NCBI GenBank assembly: GCA_046160105.1
Contig: JBJXGT010000038.1
Coordinates: forward strand, 6,837 to 70,836
Length of the DNA: 64,000 nt
Reading direction: 5' to 3'
From: Gemmatimonadales bacterium
GTDB taxonomy: Bacteria > Gemmatimonadota > Gemmatimonadetes > Gemmatimonadales > GWC2-71-9
A program made the position numbers and the translations under genes. This document shows, piece by piece, positions 55,493 through 64,000 of the stretch. The notes below the pieces were generated by a model. That model worked only from the letters and a program-made list of their open reading frames with translations, was not told the origin of the DNA and did not search any database. The first letter of the stretch is position 1. The number at the start of each line of letters is the position of its first letter.

Positions 55493-55969
55493 ATGAAAGC
55501 GACCTGGTTGTTGCTGTCGGTGGTCGTCCCGACGCTGGCTCACGGACAGGCCTCCCCACCCTCGATCAAGACCGCCGCAGGCGGGTTCTTCGCGCTGTCG
55601 GTCGCCGACCTTCCGGCCAGCGTCAAGTGGTACTCCGAGAAACTCGGCCTCACGGTCGTCATGGAGGCTCCGAAACGGGATGGGGTCGCTGTGACGGTGC
55701 TCGAAGGCGGCGGGCTGATCGTCGAGTTGATCCAGCATGACGCCGCAGTACCCATGAGCGTCGCCGCTCCGGCGGTGACGGACCGTCAGTTCGCTCACGG
55801 GCTCTTCAAGGTCGGGGTCGTGGTCGAGGATTTCGACCGGGCCGTCGCGTCACTGCGGGCTGGCGGCGTCACCTTCGTCGCCGGGCCGTTCCCCGCTCGG
55901 CCCAATCAGCGAGCCAACGTCCTCTTTCGGGACAACGCGGGGAACTTGATCCAGTTCTTCGGGAACTAG
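55493..55969 (+). CDS. secreted VOC/glyoxalase-fold protein
   Basis: Signal peptide MKATWLLLSVVVPTLAHG. VKWYSEKLGL and GNLIQFF are typical of the glyoxalase fold. Confidence 0.65.
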   Translation: MKATWLLLSVVVPTLAHGQASPPSIKTAAGGFFALSVADLPASVKWYSEKLGLTVVMEAPKRDGVAVTVLEGGGLIVELIQHDAAVPMSVAAPAVTDRQFAHGLFKVGVVVEDFDRAVASLRAGGVTFVAGPFPARPNQRANVLFRDNAGNLIQFFGN

Positions 55970-56385
55970 GGGACGGCGGGGCGGTCCACCCGGATCGTAG
56001 CGCGATAGACCCGTTTCGTGTCGGTGGAGCGCGGCACCGGATCGAGGTTGACCAACGTGAACACGAACCCGAGCGCCGTGCCGGCGTGGGGTTCGAGGAA
56101 GGTGTGGAGTGACAGCTGCTGGGCCGGTCCCTCCCCGGTCAGCGGCCCCACCGTCAGCACCACTTCCGCGTCGCCAGCCCAGGCGCAGACCACGTCCTCC
56201 GGACAGCGAGAGTCGCCCTTCACCTCGGAGAACCGGGCCCCGACCCCGCCGATCGTGGCCGTTTCGCCGACCTCGAGGGTCACGGTCGCCGGAAGCTGGC
56301 GGACATCGAGATTCGGGCCGGTTACGCTGGAACCGGCACAGCCGGCCGTGACGGCGAGGATGGCGAGGGTGGCAAGGCGGCGCAT
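55966..56385 (-). CDS. lipoprotein, unknown function
   Basis: Lipobox in LAILAVTAGC. GC3-rich frame. Its stop overlaps the convergent gene's stop in a CTAG. Confidence 0.55.
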   Translation of the reverse strand: MRRLATLAILAVTAGCAGSSVTGPNLDVRQLPATVTLEVGETATIGGVGARFSEVKGDSRCPEDVVCAWAGDAEVVLTVGPLTGEGPAQQLSLHTFLEPHAGTALGFVFTLVNLDPVPRSTDTKRVYRATIRVDRPAVP

Positions 56386-56592
56386 GGATTCCTCAATCGG
56401 TTGCTGGTCTCCACGGCAGATACCCGGCTGGCCGGCGATTCGTCACCGCCTCAGGCCACCCGGGGCCGCCGGTCGCCCGGTTCGAGGCCTGGACCCAGAT
56501 CCGTCCTGGATTGTCGGTTCACCCCACTGCGACTACCGTACTAGGCGCGGTCGGGAGCCCCGCCGCCGAGCCTACCCGCAACGGAAGCAACC

Positions 56593-57042
56593 ATGCCCAA
56601 GCCATCGAAGCAACCAGTCGTGGACGCCCTCTCGGCGCTCCTCGCCAGCAGCTACATCCTCTATCTCAAGACGCAGAACTACCACTGGAACGTCACCGGC
56701 CCGATGTTCACGACCCTCCACACGATGTTCGAGGCCCAATACACCGAGCTCGCGATGGCGGTGGACGAGATCGCCGAACGGATTCGCGCCCTGGGCGCCT
56801 TTGCCCCCGGAAGCTTCTCCGCGTTTACCCCGCTCAGCTCGGTCAAGGAGGAGACGGGACGTCCCGATGCCAAGAAGATGATCCGCACCCTCGTCGCCGA
56901 TCAGGAGAAGATCGCCGAGCTGGCCCGCGCCGTCATCGAAGCGGCCGAGGCGATTCGTGACCAGGCGAGCGCCGATCTGGCGACCCGGCGGCTCGACGTA
57001 CACGGGAAGAGCGCCTGGATGTTGCGCAGCCATCTGGAGTAG
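56593..57042 (+). CDS. dps: Dps family DNA-protection/ferroxidase protein
   Basis: LYLKTQNYHWNVTGPMF and HTMFEAQYTEL...VDEIAERI ferroxidase-site pattern. 149 aa. Confidence 0.9.
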   Translation: MPKPSKQPVVDALSALLASSYILYLKTQNYHWNVTGPMFTTLHTMFEAQYTELAMAVDEIAERIRALGAFAPGSFSAFTPLSSVKEETGRPDAKKMIRTLVADQEKIAELARAVIEAAEAIRDQASADLATRRLDVHGKSAWMLRSHLE

Positions 57043-57055
57043 AGTGACCCGACCC

Positions 57056-58339
57056 ATGTCCTTGGTCCGTCCGGCCTTGGCGAGCCTTGGTCTCCTCGGC
57101 CTGGCGTGTGGCTCGCCGATGCCTGGAACCGCCGAGCCCGCGCGCTTCCTCTATGTCTGGGCCGGCGACAAGGACGAGCGGGACAGCGACTTCCTCGCCG
57201 TCTTCGACGTCCGCCCCGGCAGCCCGACCTACGGCGATGTGATCCGCACCGAACCGGTCAACATGACCGGGACGCTGCCGCATCACCTCGAGTACTCGTT
57301 GCCGACGAGCGGGCGCCTCCTCTTCGGCAACGGCCACCACCACGAGGCGGTGTTCCTCTTCGACCTCACCGACGCCGAACACCCCCGGTTGGCCGGCCGG
57401 GCGGACTCGGCGCCCCCGTTTCGCTATCCCCACGACTTCGCCCGCTTGCCGAGCGGGAACGTTCTGATCGGCTACCTGCGGAGCGACGGACCGAGCCCGG
57501 TGGCCGGTGACTCGACTTTTCCCGGCGGGCATGGCGGCATCGCCGAGTTCACCCCGGAGGGGCGCCTGATCCGCTCGGCGAGCGCGGCCGGCGGCGCGTC
57601 GGCCGACGGGGGAAAACCGGTCCGCCCGTACGCCTTCGCGTTGCGGGCCGACGTCGATCGGGTCGTGGTCACCAGCGCGGCGATGATGGAACCGGTCAAC
57701 GCCAACGTCGTCCAGATCTACCGGCTCTCCGACTTCGCCTTGCTATCGACGTTGGCGCTGCCGCCCGCGCGCCTCTCCGGCGGTCGGACCCTCTCGGCGG
57801 GCCACGAGCTGCCGTTCGAGCCCCGGGTGATGCCCGACGGCTCCGTCCTGCTCAATGCGTATGGCTGCGGGTTCTACCGGGTCACCGGGATCGAGACCGA
57901 AGCGCCCCGAATCGAGAACGTCTACACCATCGACGTGCCCACCGAGTTGGTGCCCGACGGGACCATGGCCGCCTGCGGGGTGCCGGTCGTGGTCGGCCGC
58001 TTCTGGGTGATGTCGGTCGGGGGGCTCAAGACACTCATCGTTCTCGACGTCTCCGATCCGGCCCATCCGGTCGAGGTGTCGCGCCTCGCGGCCGACTCGG
58101 TCTTCCGACCGCACTGGATGGCGAAGGATCCCGGGTCCGACCGGATCGCCGTCGGCGCGGAGAACGGCGGCGAGGAACGGATGCTGATCGCTCGGATCGA
58201 CGAGGCGACGGGCCGGCTGACGTGGGACGAGTCGTTTCGCGCGGCCGACGGTCGGCTCGGCGTGAGCTTCGTTCGCGCCGCGTGGCCCCACGGTCCCACC
58301 GGCGAGGCGTTCGGGCACGCCGCGCTGTTCCGCCAGTGA
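57056..58339 (+). CDS. beta-propeller lipoprotein, possibly SBP56 (selenium-binding protein/methanethiol oxidase)-like
   Basis: Trimmed to ATG 57056. Lipobox in LGLLGLAC. FLYVWAGDKDERDSDFLAVFDVRPGSPTYGDVIRT resembles the SBP56 N-terminal block [21 protein letters not shown] as I recall it. Confidence 0.45.
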   Translation: MSLVRPALASLGLLGLACGSPMPGTAEPARFLYVWAGDKDERDSDFLAVFDVRPGSPTYGDVIRTEPVNMTGTLPHHLEYSLPTSGRLLFGNGHHHEAVFLFDLTDAEHPRLAGRADSAPPFRYPHDFARLPSGNVLIGYLRSDGPSPVAGDSTFPGGHGGIAEFTPEGRLIRSASAAGGASADGGKPVRPYAFALRADVDRVVVTSAAMMEPVNANVVQIYRLSDFALLSTLALPPARLSGGRTLSAGHELPFEPRVMPDGSVLLNAYGCGFYRVTGIETEAPRIENVYTIDVPTELVPDGTMAACGVPVVVGRFWVMSVGGLKTLIVLDVSDPAHPVEVSRLAADSVFRPHWMAKDPGSDRIAVGAENGGEERMLIARIDEATGRLTWDESFRAADGRLGVSFVRAAWPHGPTGEAFGHAALFRQ

Positions 58340-58343
58340 CCGC

Positions 58344-58817
58344 CTAGACGGTGACCACCGCCGCGCCCCAAGCCTTCGGATCCTTGTCGCTCTCGATCGT
58401 GGCATCCACCGACACGACGACCTTCCCCCCGTCCCGCCGGATCGGATAGCGGTCCATGTGCCGAGTGGCCCGGCCGGAGATGAACTCGCCGGTCGGCTGA
58501 TACCGCGATTTGTGTTTGCTGCACTGGAACCGCTGGTCCTCCTCGTCCCACCGGAGCATGGTTCGCTGATGGGGACAGGAGAGCGCGAACGCCGCCACCA
58601 GGTTGCCCCGGCGGGCCAGGATCACCTCGTTGTCCCGATCGATGGTCGCCCCGTCCGCCGCCGGGACCGGATAGCTCACCTCGGCCCGATCATCCGATCG
58701 CTTCCCGGTGGCGAACGCCGGGGTCCCTCCGATCAGCCACAGTCCCCCGACCGTGGCCACCGTCTGGATCACGAAACGTCGCCGGCCCTCGCACCCCGCG
58801 CACTCGTGGTCGCTCAT
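58344..58817 (-). CDS. Rieske [2Fe-2S] domain protein, Tat-type N-terminus
   Basis: Trimmed to ATG 58817. CPHQ...CSKH Rieske ligands. RRRFVIQTVATVGGLWLIGG signal/anchor. One-base overlap (TGATG) with the upstream gene. Confidence 0.82.
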   Translation of the reverse strand: MSDHECAGCEGRRRFVIQTVATVGGLWLIGGTPAFATGKRSDDRAEVSYPVPAADGATIDRDNEVILARRGNLVAAFALSCPHQRTMLRWDEEDQRFQCSKHKSRYQPTGEFISGRATRHMDRYPIRRDGGKVVVSVDATIESDKDPKAWGAAVVTV

Positions 58818-59389
58818 CAGAACACCATGATCGACCAGCTCAGCACCGAGACCGCCATCGACCCTAACGCGATGTTGCGGTGCCACTGGTTGGGCCGACC
58901 CGAGGCGTGGATGTTGTCGCCCTGGGCCGTAACGTAAGCGAAGCCCGCGCCCGCGGCCAGGAAGAGAGCGCTGTGAATGAGCCGCTTCTTCCGATCGGTC
59001 GGATCCTTCCGGCCCTCCCAGAGATTCCACACCCCGGTGAGGGTGTTCATCCCGAACAGAATGGCCGTTCCCGCCGCGAGCGGGCCGTGGAGATCCCGAG
59101 TCCACTGGGGGGCCTGATCCTTCTTGTTGCGAAGCTGAAAGCCGGTATAGCCGGCCCCGACGAACAACGGGATCATCGCGTAGCTCATCACCCGGTGGAC
59201 GCTCAACCGGGTGTGGTAGACCTCGCTGTACTCGACCAGCGGCGCCTTCTTTCGCTTGCCGGTGTCGGCGAGAGTCGCGTCGTAGAAGTGACCGAGATCC
59301 CACCGAGGCATCGCGAGCGAGGCGGGCGGCGGGGTGGAATCGAACGCGGCCAGCACCAGGGTCGTTTGGAGCAGCAGTCCGGAAAGCAT
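58817..59389 (-). CDS. four-TM membrane protein with conserved His near each helix
   Basis: Four hydrophobic helices, each adjacent to a His (HRVMSYAMIPLF, HGPLAAGTAILF, IHSALFLAAGAGF, HRNIALGSMAVSVL). Confidence 0.55.
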   Translation of the reverse strand: MLSGLLLQTTLVLAAFDSTPPPASLAMPRWDLGHFYDATLADTGKRKKAPLVEYSEVYHTRLSVHRVMSYAMIPLFVGAGYTGFQLRNKKDQAPQWTRDLHGPLAAGTAILFGMNTLTGVWNLWEGRKDPTDRKKRLIHSALFLAAGAGFAYVTAQGDNIHASGRPNQWHRNIALGSMAVSVLSWSIMVF

Positions 59390-59396
59390 CGTCAGC

Positions 59397-59885
59397 TCAG
59401 AAAGCGGGAAGGGCGGCCCCGAGGCCGAGGGCCAGAAACCAAAGGGCGAGGCTCACGACGACGGCCGACCTGAGCCGGCCCCGCCATCGTGGCGAGTCGG
59501 TGGCGCCGGCCGCGAGGCACCGGGCGGTCTGTCGGATCCGCCAGCCGTTGCCGATCAGCGCGATCAACACCGCCATTTTGGTCCAGAAGACCGGCGACCG
59601 TACCAGGCCGTCGAGGTCGGCCGCGAGCATCAGGAAGCCGGTCATGAAGGTCAGGGCGAGACCGATCACCACCGGGCGATGGACCGAATCGAGCTCGGCC
59701 AGGTGACCGGCCAGGGGCTCCGGGCGTCGCAACGCCCGCAAGGTGCTCCGGTCGGACGCCAGCGCGAGGCCGCCGCCCAGCAGCATCCCGCCCAGATGGA
59801 CCGAGGTCACCGCCGTCGACACCATCGAGGAGTCTCCGTACCAGTCGGCCCAGCCGGCCACGAGGTCCATTGCCGCGAGGATCAT
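59397..59885 (-). CDS. polytopic membrane protein, unknown function
   Basis: Trimmed from ORF 59397..60137 to ATG 59885 (59870 also possible); the longer N-terminus is Arg-rich and non-protein-like. Four hydrophobic segments. Confidence 0.5.
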   Translation of the reverse strand: MILAAMDLVAGWADWYGDSSMVSTAVTSVHLGGMLLGGGLALASDRSTLRALRRPEPLAGHLAELDSVHRPVVIGLALTFMTGFLMLAADLDGLVRSPVFWTKMAVLIALIGNGWRIRQTARCLAAGATDSPRWRGRLRSAVVVSLALWFLALGLGAALPAF

Positions 59886-60096
59886 CGGGTCGATCAGGGG
59901 CAATCGGGGTGCCAGGCGTGGCGTCTGGATGTCGGCCCAATCCGCTGCAGGAGCCTGCGCTTCGGGGACTCCTCGCGGTCGTCCGAGGCCCCGGGACTGC
60001 CATCGCTGGCACTCGCCCGGCACCCGGCGGCACAGAATGCAAGGGTGCCGGCGGCGCGGCCGTGCTCGCTGACCGTTCAGGTCCAGTAGTCGCCGC

Positions 60097-61734
60097 TCAC
60101 GCTCTCCGTCGGCGAATCGCCAGGTAGAGCGCGGCAACCAGGAGGGCGAGGAGGGTTGCGGCTCCCGTCATCACGGCAACGAGGTGGCCACTCACGAGAC
60201 GAGCCGCGGCATAGACCCGATCGATTCGCTCCAGACGCGCCCGGTTCGGAATGGGCCCTGGGCCGACGTTGTCACCCAGGTTCATCACCTGGCGAGGCGA
60301 CCTGTCGACGGCGGGCCACGGCGGTAGGCCCGGCCCATTCGGATCGCCCCTGGCGGCGAAGTTGGTCCAATACGCCGGCATGATCGAGGCGAGTTCTCGA
60401 TCCTTTTCCGCCCACGGCACGGGCTGTTGGTCCAGGTGGTCGAACACGTAGGGCATTTCCATCCCATGGGTCGCGCCCAAACCGTGGTAGCGCTCGCCGT
60501 TCCGAAAGGGCGGAGTGCGCGCAAACTGGTAGAGGAATACCTTGCGTTGGCCCCCCGCTGCCGCGAGCCGCGCCCAGGTCCACATGTCCCAACGGAACCG
60601 GACGTCGCCCTCGAACGCCGCCGCAGACGCCCGTGCCTCCGCGTTGGTCGCGCCTGGCTTCGCTCCCACCAGCCAGACGAGCAGAGAGGGGAAGTGTGCC
60701 GTCAGGACATCTGTGAAGTTTGCCACCGTCACGACCGTGCTGTCCAAGAACCACTGCCCCTCGTCGGCGTTGGAGCCAACCAAGAGATCGACGGGTTGCT
60801 GTTCGCCGGCGACATAGGCGTCGTAGGGCGACTTGGTCAGTGCGAAGCCGTCGACCGTGAAGTGCGGGGAGAAATCCACCGCCAGCAGTGTCTCCACTGG
60901 CAGGCGCCGCAGCTCGGCGAGCGACGTTGCCCTGGCCCGGCGGGCAAAACCCTCACCCTCCTGCTCGGCTCCCGCGAGCGCGAACCCAGGGTCGAGCGCG
61001 ACGGGCTCGAACAGGCCGCCGCTTTGGCCGATCGCCCGGTGGAACAAGCCCTTGGTGAGGGGCGACGCGATCAGCGCGCTGATCGAGATCGACCCGGAGG
61101 ACTGGCCGAAGATGGTGACCCGGGTGGGATCGCCTCCGAAGGCCGCGATGTTGCGCTGGACCCAGTTCAGCGCGGCGACTTGGTCGAGGAGGCCGTAGTT
61201 GCCGGACCCCCGGTGTGCGGATTCGGCACTGAGGCTCGGATGCGCCAAGAAACCCTGCACGCCCAAGCGATAGTTGAAGGTGACCACCACGACTCCCCGG
61301 CTCGACAACCGCTCCCCTGAATACAGGGGGGTGGATGCCGACCCGTTCCTCAGCCCGCCGCCGAAAATCCAGACCATCACGGGCAACCTTGCCGCCGGGT
61401 TCGCGGGCGTCCAAACATTGAGCGTGAGGCAGTCCTCGCTCATCTGTTCAATCGGCGATTCGGGCGGATAGGCCCCCTTCTGCGGGCACACGGGCGAGAA
61501 CGTGGCCGCCTTTCTGACGCCCTGCCAGGGGGCCACCGGCTGCGGGGCGCGCCACCGCAATTCGCCTATGGGCGGCGCCGCATAGGGGATACCCTTGAAC
61601 ACCATGACCATGCCGTCACGAACACCCTCGACCAGCCCACCGTCCATCGCGACTGGTTGAGCGGAGGCGCCCGCCACGGCCGCCGCCGTAAGGACGGTGA
61701 TCAACAGCGTGACGTTGGATGGCGGTTTCAGCAT
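60097..61734 (-). CDS. type-B carboxylesterase/lipase with C-terminal membrane anchor
   Basis: Trimmed from ORF 60097..62481 to ATG 61734 (signal peptide). FKGIPYAAPP, EDCLTLNVW, nucleophile elbow FGQSSGS. C-terminal helix LLALLVAALYLAIRRRR. Confidence 0.88.
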   Translation of the reverse strand: MLKPPSNVTLLITVLTAAAVAGASAQPVAMDGGLVEGVRDGMVMVFKGIPYAAPPIGELRWRAPQPVAPWQGVRKAATFSPVCPQKGAYPPESPIEQMSEDCLTLNVWTPANPAARLPVMVWIFGGGLRNGSASTPLYSGERLSSRGVVVVTFNYRLGVQGFLAHPSLSAESAHRGSGNYGLLDQVAALNWVQRNIAAFGGDPTRVTIFGQSSGSISISALIASPLTKGLFHRAIGQSGGLFEPVALDPGFALAGAEQEGEGFARRARATSLAELRRLPVETLLAVDFSPHFTVDGFALTKSPYDAYVAGEQQPVDLLVGSNADEGQWFLDSTVVTVANFTDVLTAHFPSLLVWLVGAKPGATNAEARASAAAFEGDVRFRWDMWTWARLAAAGGQRKVFLYQFARTPPFRNGERYHGLGATHGMEMPYVFDHLDQQPVPWAEKDRELASIMPAYWTNFAARGDPNGPGLPPWPAVDRSPRQVMNLGDNVGPGPIPNRARLERIDRVYAAARLVSGHLVAVMTGAATLLALLVAALYLAIRRRRA

Positions 61735-62010
61735 TGGCCTCCCTCGCAGTGGGCGCCCTCTCGCTGGGTCTCGGGCACGCACGCCGCGCTGACGCCCGGC
61801 CAAATGTCCATGGACCCAACGCTGATTGGGTCGAGCGGGTTCCGGTGAACGGAAACGTGGCTGTCCCCGTGGGGTTCGCCGGGGGTCCCGCGCGCGGTTG
61901 TGGCGTTTGCCGGACCCGCTCGGGCGGTCGCGGACGGTTCGGCCCAACCGACTTTCGCACCGTTCCGGTGCCTGGTTTCCTTTTCCCCGTGGCGGCCGCA
62001 GATTCCCGCC

Positions 62011-62718
62011 ATGACGAGCCCCACCGCGTTGGTCACCGGCGCCACCGAGGGAATTGGCCGAGCCACCGCCAAGGCCCTCGGTCGGGCCGGGTACCGGGTG
62101 GGAGTCACCGCCCGGAACGCGGCCAAACTCGAGGCCCTGGTGGCCGAGCTTCGCCAGGCCGGGGTGGCGGCCGCGGGCCGCCCGGCGGACGTCGCCGATC
62201 CCACCGAGGTCGAGGGCCTGGTCCGCCACGTCGTTGATGCGCTCGGGCCGATCGAGGCGCTGGTGAACAACGCCGGGGTGGCCTTCACCAAGCCGATCCT
62301 CGACACCACACTGGAAGAGTGGGATCGGACCTTCGCCACCAACGTGCGGGGCCTCTTCCTGGTCACCCGTGCGGTTCTCCCCGGCATGCAGTCCCTCGGC
62401 CGCGGCGACATCGTCAACATCGCCAGCCTGGCCGGCAAGAACGGCGTCGCCAACGCGGTGGCCTACAGCGCCTCCAAGCACGCCGTGATGGGATTCAGCC
62501 GATCGCTGATGCTCGAGGTGCGGCGTGACGGCATTCGGGTCATCACCATCTGTCCCGGCAGCGTCGACACCCCGCTTCTTCGCAACGCTCCGGCGTTCGC
62601 GCCCAAGTTCGATCGAATCCTCCAGCCCGAGGACGTGGCCGACACCGTGGTCGACGCCTTGAAGCTCCCCCGACGGGCGATGGTGAGTGAGCTCGAGATC
62701 CGCCCCTCCAATCCCTGA
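62011..62718 (+). CDS. short-chain dehydrogenase/reductase
   Basis: Trimmed to ATG 62011. TGATEGIGRA, NNAG, and the catalytic YSASKHA. Confidence 0.9.
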   Translation: MTSPTALVTGATEGIGRATAKALGRAGYRVGVTARNAAKLEALVAELRQAGVAAAGRPADVADPTEVEGLVRHVVDALGPIEALVNNAGVAFTKPILDTTLEEWDRTFATNVRGLFLVTRAVLPGMQSLGRGDIVNIASLAGKNGVANAVAYSASKHAVMGFSRSLMLEVRRDGIRVITICPGSVDTPLLRNAPAFAPKFDRILQPEDVADTVVDALKLPRRAMVSELEIRPSNP

Positions 62719-64000
62719 CCGGCGGTGGGGCTCCCGCTGGGACGAGCCGTTCCGCCTCGCGGCGGGCGCGATCTTCCTCGGCTGGCTGGCGTTCGGCGCG
62801 GCCCAGCTCCGTCATTGGATCGCCTGGCCGATCGGTATCGCCGGCAGCCTTCTCGCGCTCCGGGCCTTCCATCGCGGCCGCGTCCTCGCCGAGTCTCGCC
62901 ACGCCGAGGTGGCCGCGGCCGCCGAGGCGACAGCCGCCCGCAATCGCGAGCTCGACCTGTTGCGCGGCCTGGCGTCGACCCTGCTCTCGTTTCGGTCTTC
63001 CGACGAGCTGTTCGAGGAAGTGGCCCAGGTGGCCAAGGATCTCCTCCGGGCCGAAGGCGGCGCCGTGATGATCCGCTCGCCCGAGGGGGATTTTCTCCGG
63101 GTCACCGCCGGCGATGGGCTGCTCCGCCCGGGCGTGGGCCGGCTCCTGCCGGTCGACGGATCGTTCGCCGGCACCGCGATCGTCACCAACGAACCGATCC
63201 GCACCGATCGCCTCCGGGAGGATCCCCGCAACCACCCGGTGGCTGGCGTTGATCAGTCGCTCGACGCCGCGGCGGTCGTTCCGCTGCGCTCGCGAGGCGA
63301 GACCATCGGCGTCATCGCCGCCTATCGCAGGACCGGCAGCGGCGCCTTCACCGATCTCGACATCAGCCTGCTGGAAGCCCTGGCCGAACAGGTCGAAGTG
63401 GGCCTCGACCGCGCCGCGCTGCTGGAGGACGCCAAGCGCAATCAGCTCGCTCTCGAGGAATCGAACCGCGAGCTGGTCAAGGCGACCGAGATGAAGAGCC
63501 AGTTCCTCGCTAACATGTCCCACGAGCTGCGGACCCCGCTCAACGCGATCATCGGCTTCGCCGATCTCCTCGACTCCGACCCGCGGCTCGACGAAACCCA
63601 GCGCGATTACCTCGAGTCGATCGCCCGCAACGGCCGTCACCTCCTCGGGATGATCACCAGCGTCCTCGACGCCGCCAAGCTCGAGGCCGGCCGGATGATC
63701 CTCCACGCCGAGCCCACCGACCTGGTGGCGCTGGTGGCCGGCGCCATCGCCGATACTGAGAGCCTCCGGGTCGCCAAGCGGCAGACTTGCAAGGCCAACC
63801 TCGGCGCCGATCCTCTCGAGTGCCAAGTCGACGCCGGCAAAGTCCGCCAGGTCCTACTCAACCTCCTGTCGAACGCCGCGAAGTTCACCCCGGCGGGCGG
63901 CGAGGTCGCGGTATCGCTGACCAGGACCCAGGCCCCGGTCGCGGATCCGGCCGGTGGGGGTCTCGCCGTCCGGGAGGTGGCGTGGATCTCGGTCAAGGAC
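62687..64000 (+). CDS. GAF-domain sensor histidine kinase (3' end outside window)
   Basis: Not in the ORF track because it runs off the window. Frame is open from GTG 62687 (after an in-frame TGA at 62684). Two TM helices, a GAF-like region, H-box FLANMSHELRTPLNAI and N-box LLNLLSNAAKFT. Confidence 0.85.
   Translation, partial: MSSRSAPPIPDRRWGSRWDEPFRLAAGAIFLGWLAFGAAQLRHWIAWPIGIAGSLLALRAFHRGRVLAESRHAEVAAAAEATAARNRELDLLRGLASTLLSFRSSDELFEEVAQVAKDLLRAEGGAVMIRSPEGDFLRVTAGDGLLRPGVGRLLPVDGSFAGTAIVTNEPIRTDRLREDPRNHPVAGVDQSLDAAAVVPLRSRGETIGVIAAYRRTGSGAFTDLDISLLEALAEQVEVGLDRAALLEDAKRNQLALEESNRELVKATEMKSQFLANMSHELRTPLNAIIGFADLLDSDPRLDETQRDYLESIARNGRHLLGMITSVLDAAKLEAGRMILHAEPTDLVALVAGAIADTESLRVAKRQTCKANLGADPLECQVDAGKVRQVLLNLLSNAAKFTPAGGEVAVSLTRTQAPVADPAGGGLAVREVAWISVKD

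Noticed and set aside
56461-56500. tRNA-like segment CGGGGCCGCCGGTCGCCCGGTTCGAGGCCTGG, which resembles the variable arm plus T-loop of tRNA-Sec
   Set aside because: The putative T-stem has a C-U mismatch. The sequence after it (ACCCAGAT) has no complementary 5' acceptor strand upstream. No UCA anticodon stem-loop is found at the right distance, and the reverse strand has no T-loop.

Overview
This is a gene-dense, GC-rich bacterial chromosomal segment (about two-thirds G+C by eye, not computed). After trimming the six-frame ORFs to plausible starts I resolve about 63 protein-coding genes on both strands, one partial at each window edge. Most of the long Arg/Gly/Pro-rich ORFs in the track are antisense or out-of-frame shadows of real genes.

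Content in order:
- an ECF sigma factor beside an envelope island (beta-barrel OMP, secreted proteins, a protein with four Calx-beta repeats)
- an aldehyde/alcohol dehydrogenase pair
- secreted S58 and S9 peptidases, an amidase, and a 1079-aa BNR/sortilin-type propeller chained to a lipoprotein and an amidohydrolase
- a molybdenum-hydroxylase subunit pair
- a six-gene minus-strand operon ending in a DAACS transporter
- a histone-H1-like Lys/Ala-rich protein
- a NiCoT-type transporter, selD, an RNase HI homolog, and thyA-folA
- a cassette of two Ddl-like ATP-grasp genes, a GNAT and a KamA-family gene
- a sigma-54 activator operon with two lipoproteins and a TPR protein
- dps, a Rieske protein with two membrane proteins, a carboxylesterase, an SDR, and a GAF histidine kinase (3' partial)

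I recognised no rRNA, tRNA, CRISPR array, transposase, integrase or phage gene. The repertoire looks like soil Gemmatimonadota/Acidobacteriota-type genomes, but taxonomy cannot be established from this window. Operons are tightly packed, with many ATGA/GTGA/TTGA start-stop overlaps.

Best leads:
1. The ATP-grasp/ATP-grasp/GNAT/KamA cassette at 41884-45675 is a candidate uncharacterised pathway for a beta-amino-acid conjugate.
2. selD is a selenoprotein. Its in-frame TGA (33367-33369) made the ORF track truncate the gene.
3. A sigma-54 promoter plus a pseudo-receiver activator drive an operon with acidic lipoproteins and a TPR protein.
4. An H1-like protein has 46 Lys in its last 86 residues.
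5. A nested hairpin is built from inverted heptamer arrays at 25391-25501.
6. The RNase HI homolog has Ala at the catalytic Glu position.

All family calls come from by-eye motif recognition and need HMM or BLAST confirmation.
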